DNA of 64,000 nucleotides. It comes from Octopus sinensis. Taxonomy: Eukaryota. The position numbers and the translations under genes are program-made. This document shows positions 1-14,328 of this stretch, piece by piece; position 1 is the first letter of the stretch; each line of letters starts with the position of its first letter. The notes below the pieces were generated by a model. The model was given only the letters and a program-made list of their open reading frames with translations. It did no database searches and was not told where the DNA came from. The stretch covers positions 110,484,001 to 110,548,000 of the forward strand of contig NC_043003.1 in NCBI RefSeq assembly GCF_006345805.1, read 5' to 3'.

Positions 1-255
1 CAGCCCTTATTCAAGGATCTTTTGAGCGGGTTGGGATACTCCACCTGATGCAAATTTTAGCTTGGCCTCACCTGCAAGGTCATGAGCTGTTAATCTTGAT
101 AGGAGGTCACCATGTTGCGCACATATGGTTATGATGCATGTGCCTGATGTACTCTTATCAGACGGGTAGTCATGATGTGTATACTGGGCTTCGTATATTT
201 CACCCTAGTGTCACTTTGATTGCATGCACTGCTCTCTCTCTGAATAGTAATTATA
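1..255 (+). repeat. 3' end of an interspersed retroposon with a decayed (AAT)n tail
   Basis: Ends ...gtcactttgattgcatgcactgctctctctctgaatagtaattataatgataat, typical of a LINE/SINE 3' tail; family recognised only from memory. Confidence 0.35.
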
Positions 256-1714
256 ATGATAATTGTTTATGCTATAGGAACACAGCCTGAAATTTTGAGG
301 GAATGGACTAGTCGATTGCATCAACTCCACTGCTGAAATGGTAACGTTTATCTGGAACTTGAAAAAATCAAAAGCCAATTCAATCTCGGCGGAAATTGAA
401 CCCAGAACGTAAAGACGCAACATATTTTATCTTGCATGATAACGATTCTGCCAGCTCGCTGCCGCCTTAATAACATTCTATAGAAATAACATCATTTATT
501 TATTTATGACATAATGTCTGCTATTACGATGCTTCACTAATCCTAGACTTTTGATGGGCGGTAATATAAGGATTTTAATCCGGAGAATGAAGGAAGTGAT
601 GGTTACATGTGGTATATATCGGAATTCACGTTCTCCGAAATAAAGAATGAGTGAATGTAGTATCAGAGGTAAAATAAAATAGGACTTAGTAATTCACACA
701 TATATTCAGCTACGTTGCATCCAATATACAATAGCGACATATTAAATTAATACGGTATTCGGTCCGAAGATCTTGCATGGCAGAAAAAATATGGATATTC
801 GAATGAGATCGTTAAAATAGATATATCTGCTATGTGCATTATAACGGAACCATTAATTGGATAACATAATCGGAAAATACACAATGGAATGCAGCGTCAC
901 AGGGATAACATGTAAAAACGCTGGAATTCACACAATTAAATATAGGAAAATTATATAAGAAACGAACTAAGCACATACAACAAAAATAGATTAACTAAGC
1001 TAATATATAGCATTTAAAAGAAGGAACGACCCCTCACAAACGCAACGGAGAGCAAAAGAAACGCTCTACAAAACTCACATACACTACACCCGAGTTATAT
1101 ATATAGCGTTCAATGAAAACCATTACCAATGTCACTATTTCACATGTCTGAAATAATAATAAAATTAGCAAATAGTTATCTTTGATTCTACCGAAAATTT
1201 CAGTGTAAAAAATAAGTATACATTAATATATTCAAATCAACTGTGGTAGTATATATTTGAAATTACCACAAAAAACTAATATGTAAAATGGTGATGTTAC
1301 ACCAGAACATTGAATACTCTTGTATTATGCAAGGTTATTTGGTTGATCATATACAGGTATTTTATATTATGATCATATAGAAGCATTGATCAATACTAGA
1401 ATTTTAACTGGTAATTATGAATCTATATTTATGGAATATGAATTTTATGCATTTTAATATAACACGTCCTGTTTTTATTCTTTATGTGTACTGTATTTTT
1501 TGTATTTGTATTTTTATTTTGTATTTGTATTTTTATTTGTAATTGTATTTTATTTGTATTGCTTTTACTTCCTGTTCTTGTCACATTTTTTTCATTCCTT
1601 GTTTTTACCCCTCTGCAAAGGAATTTTATTTAATTCTGTTGCAGGAAGGACTAGATCGTCGGATCGAGTTCTGTCCTTACCTTCGAAACACGCATTGAGT
1701 CGACCCAGGGACAG

Positions 1715-2463
1715 CTGATGAAAAGGAATATTCCTTGTATTGTTTGTCTTGTACTCTGTTTTTTTGTTGTTAAAAAAAAGTCCGTTTCCTAGTTGTTTTT
1801 ATGTTTTCGTTTCTCGTTGTGTTCTACGTTTATTTGTGGTGTCCTGTACTCACATATATGGGAGTATGGGATTCAAGCCTCTTCTCCTTATCTCCTCAAA
1901 GACATACAGCACCTCGAAAGAGTCCAGAGGCTGGTTACCCGCATGGTTCATGGTCTCAAAAATTTGTCCTACGAAGAAAGGCTGAGGACGCTCGACCTTT
2001 ATTCTCTAGAAAAACGCCGCCGCCGTGGTGATCTCATTCTCGCCCACAACATCATAAGCGGGAAGTGTAACCTCTCGAAAGAGCTGTTCTTCACTCCTGC
2101 TCCGGAGCGTCGGCTGCGGGGTCATTCCGAAAAGCTCTACTTGCGACGATTTCATCTCAATCGAAGGAGAGGAGCTTTCTCCGTCCGGATTGCGGATCCG
2201 TGGAACAAGCTGCCAGACGAGATGGTGAAGATGCCGACGACCGCTTTGTTCAAAGCCTCCCTGGAACTCAAGTGGCCTGAACTCTTTACATGAACACCAC
2301 CCTGTACTTAACTCCATGTCCCCCTACATGGCCTTGCTATTTGCTTTTGAGCCAAATTAACTAACTAACTAAATAACTAACATATAAATATATATATGCA
2401 TGTATATATACATGTAGATGTAGGTACGTACATATATGTATGTATGCATATATTTTATTTATT

Positions 2464-2470
<7 letters not shown>
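1715..2470 (+). repeat. Family-E interspersed repeat, split by the CR1 insertion (1715-1850 and about 2385-2470)
   Basis: Colinear with the intact copy at 20019-20260 (ggaatattccttgt...gtccgtttcc...gtcctgtac...catgtagatgtagg). Confidence 0.7.
1851..2380 (+). mobile_element. CR1/L2-type LINE 3' fragment (RT C-terminus, 3' UTR, taac-repeat tail) nested in a family-E repeat
   Basis: ORF 1793-2293 carries LERVQRLVTRMV, LSYEERLRTLDLYSLEKRR, RGDLI, RGHS and PWNKLP motifs; tail aactaactaactaaataactaac. Confidence 0.9.
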
Positions 2471-2500
<30 letters not shown>

Positions 2501-2744
2501 GTACACACACAATTGACATACATACAAACGTGCTTACGTGTGTGTGTGTGTGTGTTGTGTGTGTGTGTGTGTGTGTGTGGTGTGTATTTTCGGGAGTGTA
2601 TATCCATGATAATCCCTAAAATATTCACAACCTATCAGAAGATTGCCGGCCCGAAGCGATCGTGGGTGCTTCTTAATTCTTGATGCGGTTAGTCGCATCC
2701 AGCTCTATACACGAGAGCGATTATGGTTACTGCCTGGATAACTT

Positions 2745-2776
<32 letters not shown>

Positions 2777-4184
2777 GCGTACATAACCATACAAACACAT
2801 AATTGGTCGTTAGCATTGCTTTCATATACCAAAGACAGTTCATGAAATACCTGTAAATTTTGGCTAAAGTGGAAATTATTTACAATAGGATCAAATGTAT
2901 ATCCCCTGTGTTGCAAAGAGAGACCTCTACCACACAGTTACATCTTCGTGTAACACTTTAAAATGTAACAACTTTTCAAATAACAATAAAAGTCATTGAA
3001 AAATGTTCATGTTTACATAAACTATCGTCAATTACTGTTGAAGACTGAATTTTTTTTCTCCTGACAAAAGTTAACAAAACGAAATTTGACACTGTAAAAT
3101 TTATATATAAAATAAAAAAGAGAAACAAATACTAATAGCAGGGTATAGTATCAACCCATATGTGAACGTATCCATTCATATTGTAATTCTGCTCGTTACA
3201 TAGTAAATTATTAGGTGCGTTACATTCTGTTGGGCAGGTGACGAACTAACAATACTTAGCGATATCTTCTTCGTTATTGCGTTGAAATTTCGAGGCGGAC
3301 TTTTCATTTCATTCCTTCTTGGTCGATAAAAGTACACGGTAGTCAAATTAGTCGACTGGCCCCTTCCTCAAAATTCCAGATATTGTGTATAAGGTAGACA
3401 AGCCTATTAATTCCAGTAGAATTACCACCTACCGTTAGTATAATTTTATTTTCAATCACCTAATCATTTCAAGGGAAAAGATAATATATATACGTGTGTG
3501 TGTATGTGTACCCAAACGTGTATAATACTTATAGCTTCTATTTGTTACGTTATAATTTAAAGTCCCTCGTGATACCTTATCATTCTATATAAATATAGTG
3601 CCAATTAAGTTCTCTTGTTCCTTTTGCTGTCTGACGTTGTCTATCTTTTTTTTTTAGGTATATAATATTTTCTAACAAATCAACTTGGCGTTCTATTAAA
3701 AAGCTATTGTGGCAAGACATAAAATCATTTATCTCCAGATAATGGCTGCAGGTTTGAAACGGAGCAAAGTAGCACATAACTAGAAGCAAGAAATATTATC
3801 GCTCAAAATTGCTGTAAATTAGGGTGGCCATATAGGCCCCAGAAGCTTATACGAAATGGAAACTTAAATACACGTGCGGCTTAAGATTAAAGGATTTGCA
3901 TATGTTTCCTACGTCTATATCATCTAATATACGCATGGTTTCTATTTCTAAGTCTGCTCATTATGCCTTGACAGAAGTATGATGTGTTATTTCAAGTAGT
4001 TCTATCAACTGTGACGATGTTTTATTTACTGAGTCGATGTTCTTTTGCTAAGTCGATACTAAAGACATATATTCGTTTAAACAGCATGCTACGACTTCAA
4101 AATAATTTTAACTACGCTTTAAGCATACATCCTACACATTCTGTTGCTTTTTGGTTGAAATCTTTACGATTCCGTTAAAGTAAC

Positions 4185-5950
4185 TGCGTTATATTGTTGT
4201 TAAAGGTCTCCCCTCATGGGTGCACCACGTTTGTTCCCTGTTGAAATTACTGTTGTTACTAACGAGTTTTCTGAAGAATTGTGTTGTTTCTTCCCATTTA
4301 TGGGTGAACTGGCTTGAGGAAGCGGAATGGAAACTGAAGCAGCGAAGAGCCACAGTTAAGCGGTTGCAACTGGCAAAGGAATTGACGCAGAAGGTTTGGA
4401 GGTGCAATAAATTAAGACTGACCCGAAAAAGTTGAATGAACGCGGGGAACTACTTGAACTTAACGCCGCCGCTCGAGTTAACAAATGGAGCGAAGAGAAA
4501 AACAGTGATTTACAAATCACTGAAAGTATCTACAAATAATAGAAGTAGCAACAATAGAAGAGATACTGAAGTGCCTGAAAGAGGTTAAAAAGGCTACTAA
4601 ATTCATAAAAAGAGGAAGAAGTTATGGCACAGTGGATGTGCAATTCGCAAGCGAGGACGAAGCGATAAAGCACTCCACTGATGCTATAAAGACAGAATAG
4701 TGGCTGCTCCTACCGACATACTGTGGATAGCGAGTTGTCAGTGTAAGGGTGGGAAAAGTGGCATCAAAGCTGAATGAGACATAGCTGGAAGAGGATGCCA
4801 GGATCCTGAGAGTGACAAGGCCGAAAAGAATCACTGATGGGGTTACGGAATTGAGACGGCAGTTCAGCCAACTGTAAGTGATATGAACAAAATTCCGGAA
4901 GAAATTATACTACCTGAAGATGAGAGATTAAGAGTAATGGTGGAGGGCAGGTCTCCTATAATATGTTACTTGTGAGGGGAGAAAGGCCACATGAAAGCGA
5001 GATGCCCCCAGAGAAATGAGAAAGAGAAACAGACAGAACAGTCTGAGGAGCAGGAGAAAGTGAATTATGTGGTGCAGGAGGAGGTGAAGGAGAAAACAGG
5101 AATAGAGGAGCGATTTGAAGGGGTGAAAAATAAAGAGGAAGGGATCTCTGCTGAAGGGGAAGAAAAAGAAAAAGAAACGGAGATGTAGATTGCGAAAGAG
5201 GTAAAGGGTGTTGAAAAGGAGATACAGGTAGAAAAGGAGGTTGAGAAGGTTATGGAGGAGGAAGAGAAAGAAGTAAACATACTAGAAGGATTTTGTTACC
5301 AATGAAGTAGAACAGCGACGAGAAAAAACAGCGATATTAGCCGTATTGGAAGAAGTGGCGCCAAGAGCGGAACACGGTGAACGAACAAGAAGGCGGAGAA
5401 AATACAATTGGAATTTTGTGACAAAAATGTAAATACAGAAAAAGTGATAACCAAACTGAAATTAGTTATAAGGGTGAAGTTAACCAAGGACATGTACGGG
5501 GAAAATATGAATGCAATTTTGATCGACGAGGAAAAGTATAGCAGGTTGAAAGAAAAATGTAATGTTGAAGCAATGGTATTGGTGGTGGAGTTCGATGGAC
5601 TACCTCCAGTAGTTGAACTAAGAGCAGTAGAGCCATAAAAAAGAGAGTAAACTGTGGTGTAAAAATAGGAGGAAAGACAAGAGTAAAACAAAACGATACT
5701 AATAGAAAAAAAAAACATTGAAAAAGATTATAAAAGGAAAGTAAGAACGTTAAAATGGTGGCGCATATGAGTGGGGCGCATGCAGCCATTTCATCACCAT
5801 CGATTTCATTATATATTTTACCATTTTTCATTCGTTTTATGTTTTTTGATTCCACTGTGATGTTCTATCTGTCTTTCTGCTGTCCTCTCTGTGTTATGGC
5901 CGTAGTGCCAAATAAAGAGATCTCATCCGTCATAGCTTCTGAATAATTCT
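4185..5950 (+). mobile_element. Decayed ORF1/gag-like element of a non-LTR retrotransposon
   Basis: Broken reading frame with an RRM-like segment (YGTVDVQFASEDEA), a CCHC knuckle remnant (ICYL*GEKGHMKARCP) and an E/K-rich tail; multiple stops; no RT seen. Confidence 0.55.
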
Positions 5951-7404
5951 TGGCTATTGAAATATGCATGAACTGAATAGCTAACTAATGAAATGAAATA
6001 TTCTGGGTGTACTATTTTATTAAGATAAAACTAGTAAAAATATATATCTTCCTTTTTTTTAGTAGTGTACATTCACCTGCAAGCAGGCAGGGTGAAGGCA
6101 ATGCATTCTTTCATTTAGAATTGAATTAAATAAACGATAATATGATTGGAATTATCTGTTATTTATAAGTAACTACAAATGCGCGCACACACATATATAT
6201 ATATAATAATCGATTTCTATATATATGTACGTAAGAATGAGTGTATATATATGCCGGTTTTTGTAAAACTTGCATTATGCATGCATAATATAAATGCATA
6301 CATAACTAATAGCAAAATGATAACTTAATGTCATTCAAACGTAAGCGTATATGTGTGCAGGCGTATGTATAATTATATATTCATGTGAGGGTGCATACAT
6401 ACGTGTGTGCTTGCGTATGTATGCATGTATGTAAGATATTCTGTATACATTGTTGTAGCATGTTTATCTTAGATTTTCTGTATGCTGTAAATAAGCTATT
6501 AATACAGAAAAGATTTTCTATATGACTGAAACGAATCACCTGATATTGGAAGCCATATATACATTTTAATTCCTAATTTTGCTGAATATTTTTTTTGCTG
6601 AAACCGCAGAAATGCTGTTATGACATCAACATTTTCTACTTGTTGCGTCTATCTGTAGGATTAGTTCTTTGCAAATATAATCCTTTCCGATTAGCAGTAT
6701 AATATTGCAGGAGCAATACGCAGTAGAAAATTAGAGAAGCACGTAATATACATTTCAACAAAAAGATAAAAACTTACTTTCAATGTGACGGATTTCCAAT
6801 CACAAACAATAACATTTTCAAACACAGCATAAGTGACAACGTCTCTTCATAGAATTGAAACGCAAAGAACCTAATGCCAAGGATGCGTGACTACATGCCA
6901 ATGGAAGAAAAACTGAATCTATGCTTTGCAAAATGAAATGCTTATCGAAGATATTCTAAAGAAAACCATTGCAACGAATAAACATATTTAATTTTTTAGG
7001 CTTTCAAGCGAAAGATCTAGATGATGCTTCGAGGAAATTAGAAGTAAACTCACACAGCTTGAAGAGCACTAAGAAATGGTCTCCTTGATGGAATGCAAAC
7101 TCGCAAAATTTGAATTCTTTACGGTAGTGGAGTAATGTTAATTCATGGAACGAAATGTTAGGCTGTTATGAAGATAGACAATGAATGCGTAAACTGAGTG
7201 TACAGCCAGGTACTCAGAGTAACAGCAAAACATTCATTACAAAGGCTTAAAATTTCCCAGGCTAACTTCCAATTTAAAGCTAACCATTTCTTAGGTAACT
7301 GAAATTAAGCAAAATTGATTTCAAAATACGTGGAACGCCTACAGATTCTCATTTATGAGAGCATCGCCTAAAGTACCATTTGTAGAAAAACATGACACTT
7401 GTCG

Positions 7405-7486
7405 TCATCATTATCATCATTATCACCCTCCTCCTCCCCCTCCTCCACCTCACCACCACCACCACCACCACTATCATCATCTTCTT

Positions 7487-7556
<70 letters not shown>

Positions 7557-7570
7557 TATTATTATTATTC
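7405..7570. repeat. Compound trinucleotide tract (CAT/CCT/CAC/CTT/ATT)
   Basis: Direct inspection. Confidence 0.9.
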
Positions 7571-8073
7571 AGTAGTTTTATTTTTATAGCGTGCTTTCAC
7601 TTCACTACCGAGCGCAGCTCTGTGTGCCTTCGGTATGTGCTGTGATTTGTTGTGATGCTCTGATGGTTATTGTATGGAAAGTGTTCTGCGTAGGATGTGT
7701 GCAGTGCCTAGTAGTGCAATTTTATGTATGTTATATGTGTTAATAAGTCCTGGTGTTTTTGTTATGTATTTGTCTGAATATTTTTTTATCATGCCTAATG
7801 CACCTACTATGATAGGAATTGTTTCTGTTTTCAGATTCCACATTCTAGTTACCTCTATTTCCAGGTCTTTGTATTTTGAGAGTTTCTCCATTTCTTTTAG
7901 AGACACGTTGTCATCTACCGGTATTGATACATCAATTAGAAGGCATTTTTTTTCTTCGTGATCTCTGACAACTATATCTGGTCTGTTGGCCTTAATTTCT
8001 CTATCTGTGTGTATCGGCATATCCCAGAGTATGGTTGCTTTCTCGTTTTCTGTGACCTTTTCTGGTGTGTGCC

Positions 8074-8075
<2 letters not shown>
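7570..8075 (-). mobile_element. R4/Dong-clade LINE 3' end (restriction-like endonuclease domain) between (TAA)n tracts
   Basis: ORF 7667-8020 has NRPDIVV...LLIDVSIP...KLSKYKDL (PD-(D/E)xK-type RLE); about 100-bp 3' UTR then (AAT)n; (ATT)n on both flanks. Confidence 0.9.
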
Positions 8076-8121
<46 letters not shown>

Positions 8122-8134
8122 CATTATTATTATT

Positions 8135-8544
8135 ATCATTAGCGGCATTTCGTTCCTGTTTACGTTATGAGTTCAAATTCCACCGAGGTCAACTTTGGAT
8201 TTCCTCGTTACGGAGGTCGATAAAATAAGTACAACTCAAATACTGGAGTCGATGTAATCGACTACCATCTCCCTCGAAATTGCAGGCCTTGTGCCACAAT
8301 TTTAAGTGATTACCACTATTAACATCATTAAGGCGGCCATCTTGCAGACCCGTTAGCGCGCCAGGCAAAATGCTTAGCTGCATTTCGTCCGTCTAAACCT
8401 TCTGAGTTCAAATACCGCCGGAGTAGACTTTGCCTTTCGTTATTCTGGGGTCGATAAATTAAAGAACCAGTTGAACAGTGAGGTCCATGTTATCGATTTA
8501 ATCCCTCCTACCGGAATTTCTACACTCGTGCCAAAATTTGAATC

Positions 8545-8545
<1 letters not shown>
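8135..8545 (+). mobile_element. Two tandem SINE family A copies
   Basis: Both align to 10827-11056 and are bounded by (ATT)n. Confidence 0.75.
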
Positions 8546-8590
<45 letters not shown>

Positions 8591-8679
8591 GTTGTTGTTG
8601 TTGTTTTGTTGTTGTTATTGTTGTTGTTGTTGTTGTTGTTACTTTATGTTTGACTTTCGTTTTGTATATGTACAAGTTG

Positions 8680-9900
8680 ACTACAAATCTCCCTCGGAGA
8701 CCTCAAGAGACACAAAGTTAGTTCATGTTGGTGTTATGCCTCGGGTGTCATAGGACAACAGGTATTGTTTTCCTCTTGGGGTTCCACATTTTGCCAATTT
8801 CTATTTGCACATAGTATTGTTCTAGAGAATGTTCAAGAAAACATAAGAAAATTATGAGTTTGTTTTAAAATTTGAAATTAGATACACAATATTTTACGTA
8901 GGATATGGACAGTTGCCATGAGCACTATCTTTTGAATTTATGCAGTTTTGGGGATTTCTGGTATCTGAGATAGGTAGGTGTCATCCCCTTGTGGACCTAT
9001 GACAAGAGATATTGTTTTAGTCTTGAAGTTCCACATTTTGCAAATTTCTATTTCAAAATCTTTATACTTGCTCCGTTTTTGGTAGGTCTTGACAGATACG
9101 TTTATATCGATTGGGACAGTCTTATTAATGAGGAGGCATGGCTTTTGTCTGAAGTATTTCAATATAACGTCTGGCCTATTCGCATCTATCTTTCTGTCAG
9201 TTTCAATGGTGACGTTTCAGAGGAGTAGGATGTGATCATTTTCAAGAACTAGAGGTGGTTTGTGTTCCCACCAGTTTTTATCATGTGGCAGGCCCCGGTT
9301 TTTGAAAATTCTCCAGTGAATATATTGTGCTGCTCTCTCATGCCTGTTGAGATACTCTGTAGTCACAAGAAGTCTGCACATGGAGACAGCATGATTAATA
9401 GTTTCATTTTGTTGTTGACATACACATGTTGGCCTACTGCCATATTTTAATATGTTGGCCTGGTAGTTCCTAGTAGATACAGAATTGATCTTGGGCTGCA
9501 ATGACATGACATGTTGGGCTATCCCTTCTTTACTATGCTGGCCTGGTAGTTCCTTGTATGCATTGATCTTGGGCTGCTATAGTAAACCCTTCTGTTCCTG
9601 ATTTTAAGCCTGAAGACACAAACCATTAATGGGTTAAGGCTTTGTCAACATCAGCACTATTAGTTCTCTTTAGGTATTTGTCATTCAGTGGTATTTTTTG
9701 CCATTTATCAATAATATCTAAAGCAGCAGTTTTAGCACCGGTTATAATACGGTTAGCTTTTCTGTACTTGTTTCTAGTACGCCTAATTCTGGAATTTGTT
9801 GTATTTGGAATTCCCTGAGATATTCCTTAGCCTTTTTTGTTTCTGACTATGATGCTTGCTTGTTTTCATGACTTGAGACAAGTTTCTTGCTTATTAGTAT
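8680..9900 (-). mobile_element. Older R4/Dong-clade LINE 3' fragment (CCHC plus RLE)
   Basis: ORFs 9217-9507 (CVCQQQNETINHAVSMC...RHERAAQYIHW...WWEHKP) and 8938-9162 (KYKDFEIEI..MW); adjoins (ATT)n/(GTT)n at 8545-8640. Confidence 0.8.
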
Positions 9901-10713
9901 GTTTATTGCGATTGTAGTATTTATGTTCATTGCTAAAGTTGTGTTGATGACTATTAGTGAGAGTTTTTGTTTTTGTCGGGGTGTACTAATTCACCAGTTC
10001 ACTTATATTTACTAATATTGTCCGTGTTGTTCATATCTAAATAACTTTTGCTATTATTTGCATTGCTGCTGCTGTTTTAATTGAACTTAATTTCATATTT
10101 GTATTATACCGTCTGAAGTGCTAGATTATACCTGATATTACTTACAGCTGTCAAGTCATATCCTAATTCAAACATAACAATGCCTTTCCTGGACACCTCC
10201 ATTAAACTTGCTATGATAAACGACTTAGTTGGAATTTGAATTACTTATTCAATTATCCTTCTACAGAGGGAAAGTCTCTTAAACATTTTCACTCGTATTT
10301 TCAAATAACCGTTAGCTGCATCAGTTTTAGTTTATATACAACTAAACTCAACAACACTCTTTCGTATGCTCTCAACTTTTTCATAAGGATAAAATATATG
10401 TATCAGAATTTGCTATCTGCTATTTTCTTCATCAGGTCTTCTGTAATAAAAATAACATTTTGTTGTATACTTCTTTCACCGAGGAGAACAGTGATATGTA
10501 TATAATTTAATCAAATTAATTTTGATTATTCTACTATGTATTTACATGTTATTATGGCTATTTGAAACGATCGTACGCATTTATTAAAATTCTTTCAATT
10601 TTTAACATCTCTTCTCCATTTTTAACATTTTTGTTGAGTTTCTATGGGATTCCTTTAGATAAATTCCCATAATATACCATATACATACATACATATATAT
10701 ATATATATATGTG

Positions 10714-10756
<43 letters not shown>

Positions 10757-10826
10757 GTGTGTGTGTGCATATATATATACGTATATATATATATATATAA
10801 ATATACATACATACATACATACATAA

Positions 10827-11056
10827 GGCGGCGACTTGGCAGAATCGTTAGCACGCCGGGCGAAATGCGTAGCCGTATTTCGTCTGCCGTTACGTTCTGA
10901 CTTCAAATTCCGCCGAAGTCGACTTTGTCCTTCATCCTTTCGGGGTCGATAATTAAGTACCAGTTACGCGCTGGGGTCGATGTAATCGACTCAATCCGTT
11001 TGTCTGTCCTTGTTTGTCTCCTCTTTGTTTAGCCCCTTGTGGGTGGTAAAGAAATA
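10827..11056 (+). mobile_element. tRNA-derived SINE family A, well-preserved copy
   Basis: A box tggcagaatcgttag, B box ttcaaattccgcc and central gtcgactttg...ggggtcgataa.taagtaccag. Other copies near 260-470(-), 3270-3380, 8135-8300, 8330-8545, 17990-18170, 27035-27170, 41255-41465(-), 41480-41690(-) and 52015-52190. Confidence 0.85.
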
Positions 11057-12199
11057 TATATATATACATACATATTATAATGGTGTATGTGTACGCATGT
11101 GTGCGTGCGTGCGCGTGTGTGTACATTTTTATTTTTGGCCAGGTTTCAAATGTGTGAAGTGCAAAATAATTAGATTTAAATATTTCACGTACTATCTCTC
11201 TTCTGCCTTTTATTATATTCCCATAACCTATTTTACACTCAGGTTTAATTTTCCCAATGTAAATTTTACATGAATCGTAGGTGTACTACATCAATTGTAT
11301 AGACTTGCGTCTACCGAGTAGGTGACAAAACACAACAGGAAATGGAGGAAAAGCTAATCCGATCAGAGAAAATTAGACCAAAATATCTAAGCTAAAATTG
11401 TTTATATGAACTTCAACAATGAGAAGAGAAATTGATTCTGCTATGCATGAGAAACTTTCTTAGGTACAATAATAGTCTTGACACAGAGACTCCAACGGAA
11501 ACAGTTTTTTCTCATTCATAAAAAGTTTCATTACAAATAATTTAGAAGTATGTTCTAAAACCAAGTGGAGGCGTCAACAAAAATTTATCAGCTATATCCT
11601 TATAGTCATCACGATGTTGTGCTGTTACAACTACCACTAAGGTATTTCATTACCACCACCTATTAATCGTATCAATTGATCCTCCAATTAGCTGTTTCAA
11701 TACAACTGAGTAGTTTCATTAATACAACCAAAATAGTTTTGAAGGGCAACCCATTTACACCAGCACTGATCTGCACCAATATAACCACCAACATTTATTA
11801 TTACAACCATTACTGAGCTATTTCTTTATGCTTTCCAATTAGGTATATCATTAACCCATTTCCAAGGGCTCAGTACATTCAGCAGTGAAGTACTTATTTT
11901 GTTTGTGTGTTTATAATTCTACAATGATCTGCTTTCAATGTCGGGATGTGCTACAAAGATGATCAAGCATAGTAACACTAGTAGCATTATCGACATCAAT
12001 ACCAGGTAGAACAGAAACAAGTATACGAACCGAAACGTATAGCAATATTGACATATAAATACATAGTAGAATAATTAGAAAAATATAAACACAAAATGAA
12101 TAGAACCTCCTCCTCCTCCAAGGAATATCAAGAACAACAGCACCAAAATAACATTTCGCACATTGAGAAGCCATTTACGTTTTGTTTCAAAGACAAGGT

Positions 12200-13208
12200 A
12201 TGTGTGTGGGTGCGTGTATGTGTGTGTGTGCAAGGATGACAAGTGTGTTTGTGCGTGCGTGTGTGTGTATGTGTATGTATGGGGCATAATAAGCATGGCA
12301 AGTTAGCTGTCAAAAAGGCACTCCTTTCTGACAGCTAGCTTGTTTGTATCCAGCCAGGTCAAAACCAGGTCAAAAAACAAAGGGGTATATGTGTGCGTGT
12401 AAGTATATGTATCATGTGTGTGTGTCGTTTGTAGTGTGTGTGTGTGCATGTGTATGTTCGTGTGTCTATGCGTAGAGTTTGGGTGTGTGGCTAGTAAATG
12501 TGCTTAACCTAGTGTATGTGTGCGTGTGTGCTTGTACGTGCGTGTGTGTGTAGGGATGTAGTGTGGGTTCATTTGTGTGAGTGTGTATGGATGTACGTGT
12601 ATGTGTGTGCGTGTATGTGTGTGTCTGTATGTGTTTATGTGTATGTGTGCGTGCGCGGATAGGTGTATATTAGGTATGTATATCTGTCGGTGTGTATGTG
12701 AGTATGTATGTATGTATGTATGTATGTATGTGTGTATGTATGTGTGTGTGTGTGAATGTATATATGTGTGCATATGTGTATGTGTGTGTATGTATGTGTG
12801 TATGTATGTATGTGTGTATGTATGTGTGTGTGTATGTATGTATGAATGTATGTATGTATGTATGCGTGTGTGTGTATGTATGTATGTATGAATGAATCTA
12901 TGCATGTATTATGTGTGTGTACGTATGTATGTGTGTGTGTGAATGTATGCGTGTGGGGGGTGGGAGTTGTGTGGGCGTAAGGTACATGCGCGTGCTTGTG
13001 TGCGTGTCTGTGCTTACGTGCGTGTATCTGTGCGTCTCAGCAAGGTGTTTATAGGAGTGTGCGTATCTGTATGAGTATTGTCCCTGGTGTGTGTGCATGG
13101 GCATGTATATGTGTGCGCGTTGGGTGTGGGGGTGTGGGTGTGTGTGTATAGGTGTGGAAGTATGTGTGCGTACATGTGCATGTACGTTGTGTGTGTGTGG
13201 TGTGTTGG

Positions 13209-13260
<52 letters not shown>
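12200..13260. repeat. About 1-kb TG/TGTA-rich low-complexity tract ending in (TA)n
   Basis: Direct inspection. Confidence 0.9.
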
Positions 13261-13744
13261 GACAGACTTCACAGTTACCATCAACTAAATCCACTCACAA
13301 GTGTTTGGCTGACCTGAGTCTTTAGTAACCATTGCCGATGTTATCACATACTGGCAAGAACCTGGAACCATGTTGTTGGGAAGCAAGCTTCTCAACAACA
13401 TGTCTCCGGGTTCAGCCAAAATATATAAAGCCTGCCAGCATGGCGATATTTGGCAGTCATGAGAATTTTATGGAACTAAGTAGAAACCATATAGTCGTAT
13501 ACATGCTGACGGAGATGTGTGTCTATGTGTGCTTTTTTATGTGTGGGCGCATGCGCGTGTGTAGTGTGCATGACTGGGTGTGTGTGATTCTCAAAATGCA
13601 TCGAAAATACATAAAGTCATTATAGAACGTAAAAGCACTTGTGTGCTCTGTAACCTGTGCCTAATGGATCGTTATTTAATATAGCATAGAGTGTAAATAT
13701 AATCGAAACAATGTTACTCGTATATATTAAAATATTCATATTAT

Positions 13745-14291
13745 ACTGGGGCACAAATGTACTTTTGGAAACTATTTTGATTCATAGAAACACAACCATT
13801 CTTTAATTGGAACAAAATTAATGAGTGAACTTCGAATTGATATCATTTAATTTTTTTACAACATGTCATTAGCCACCTTCTTCCAAAACTTTTTAGCCGG
13901 TCTTTCCAAAATTGAAATCTCTCACAGATACATATCGGATTCATTACTGCAGAATCCATTAACTACTGATACCTGATGTGTAAACAATTATTTCAATGTG
14001 CTTAACCGTTGTTTACGCTACAGAAGATTGTTAGTTTCCTAGGGAACATATTTTTTTATGTTTGTCATTTAAATCCTGAAGACATACGTAAAGTTGTTTT
14101 ACTTTATAAGCATAATCTAGTTCTTGTTCCGCATTTTCTAATGCAATTTTGTTAGCTTCCAGGCGTTTAATTATTTTAGATTTTAATTAAACATTTCCTT
14201 CAGATACTTTCTTAATCATCTCATTGCTTCCCATTAGCAAATAGTTGATTTTTCTGCTAATATTTCCAACATTAGCAACTGCTGCATTTCC

Positions 14292-14300
<9 letters not shown>
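13745..14300 (-). mobile_element. Possible mariner 3' remnant
   Basis: Degraded similarity to mariner C-terminal coding sequence; weak. Confidence 0.3.

Positions 14301-14328
<28 letters not shown>

Noticed and set aside
1665-1735. GAAA...GUC...CUGAUGA order resembling a type II hammerhead at the start of the family-E repeat
   Set aside because: Stem I does not pair (G opposite G), stem II lacks the 10.1-11.1 pair, and the 20019 copy lacks the core. The family consensus may still merit a check.
3580-3782. Possible phase-1 exon (IMCYFAPFQTC...), plus another near 10146-10210
   Set aside because: No recognisable homology and a weak acceptor or no donor.
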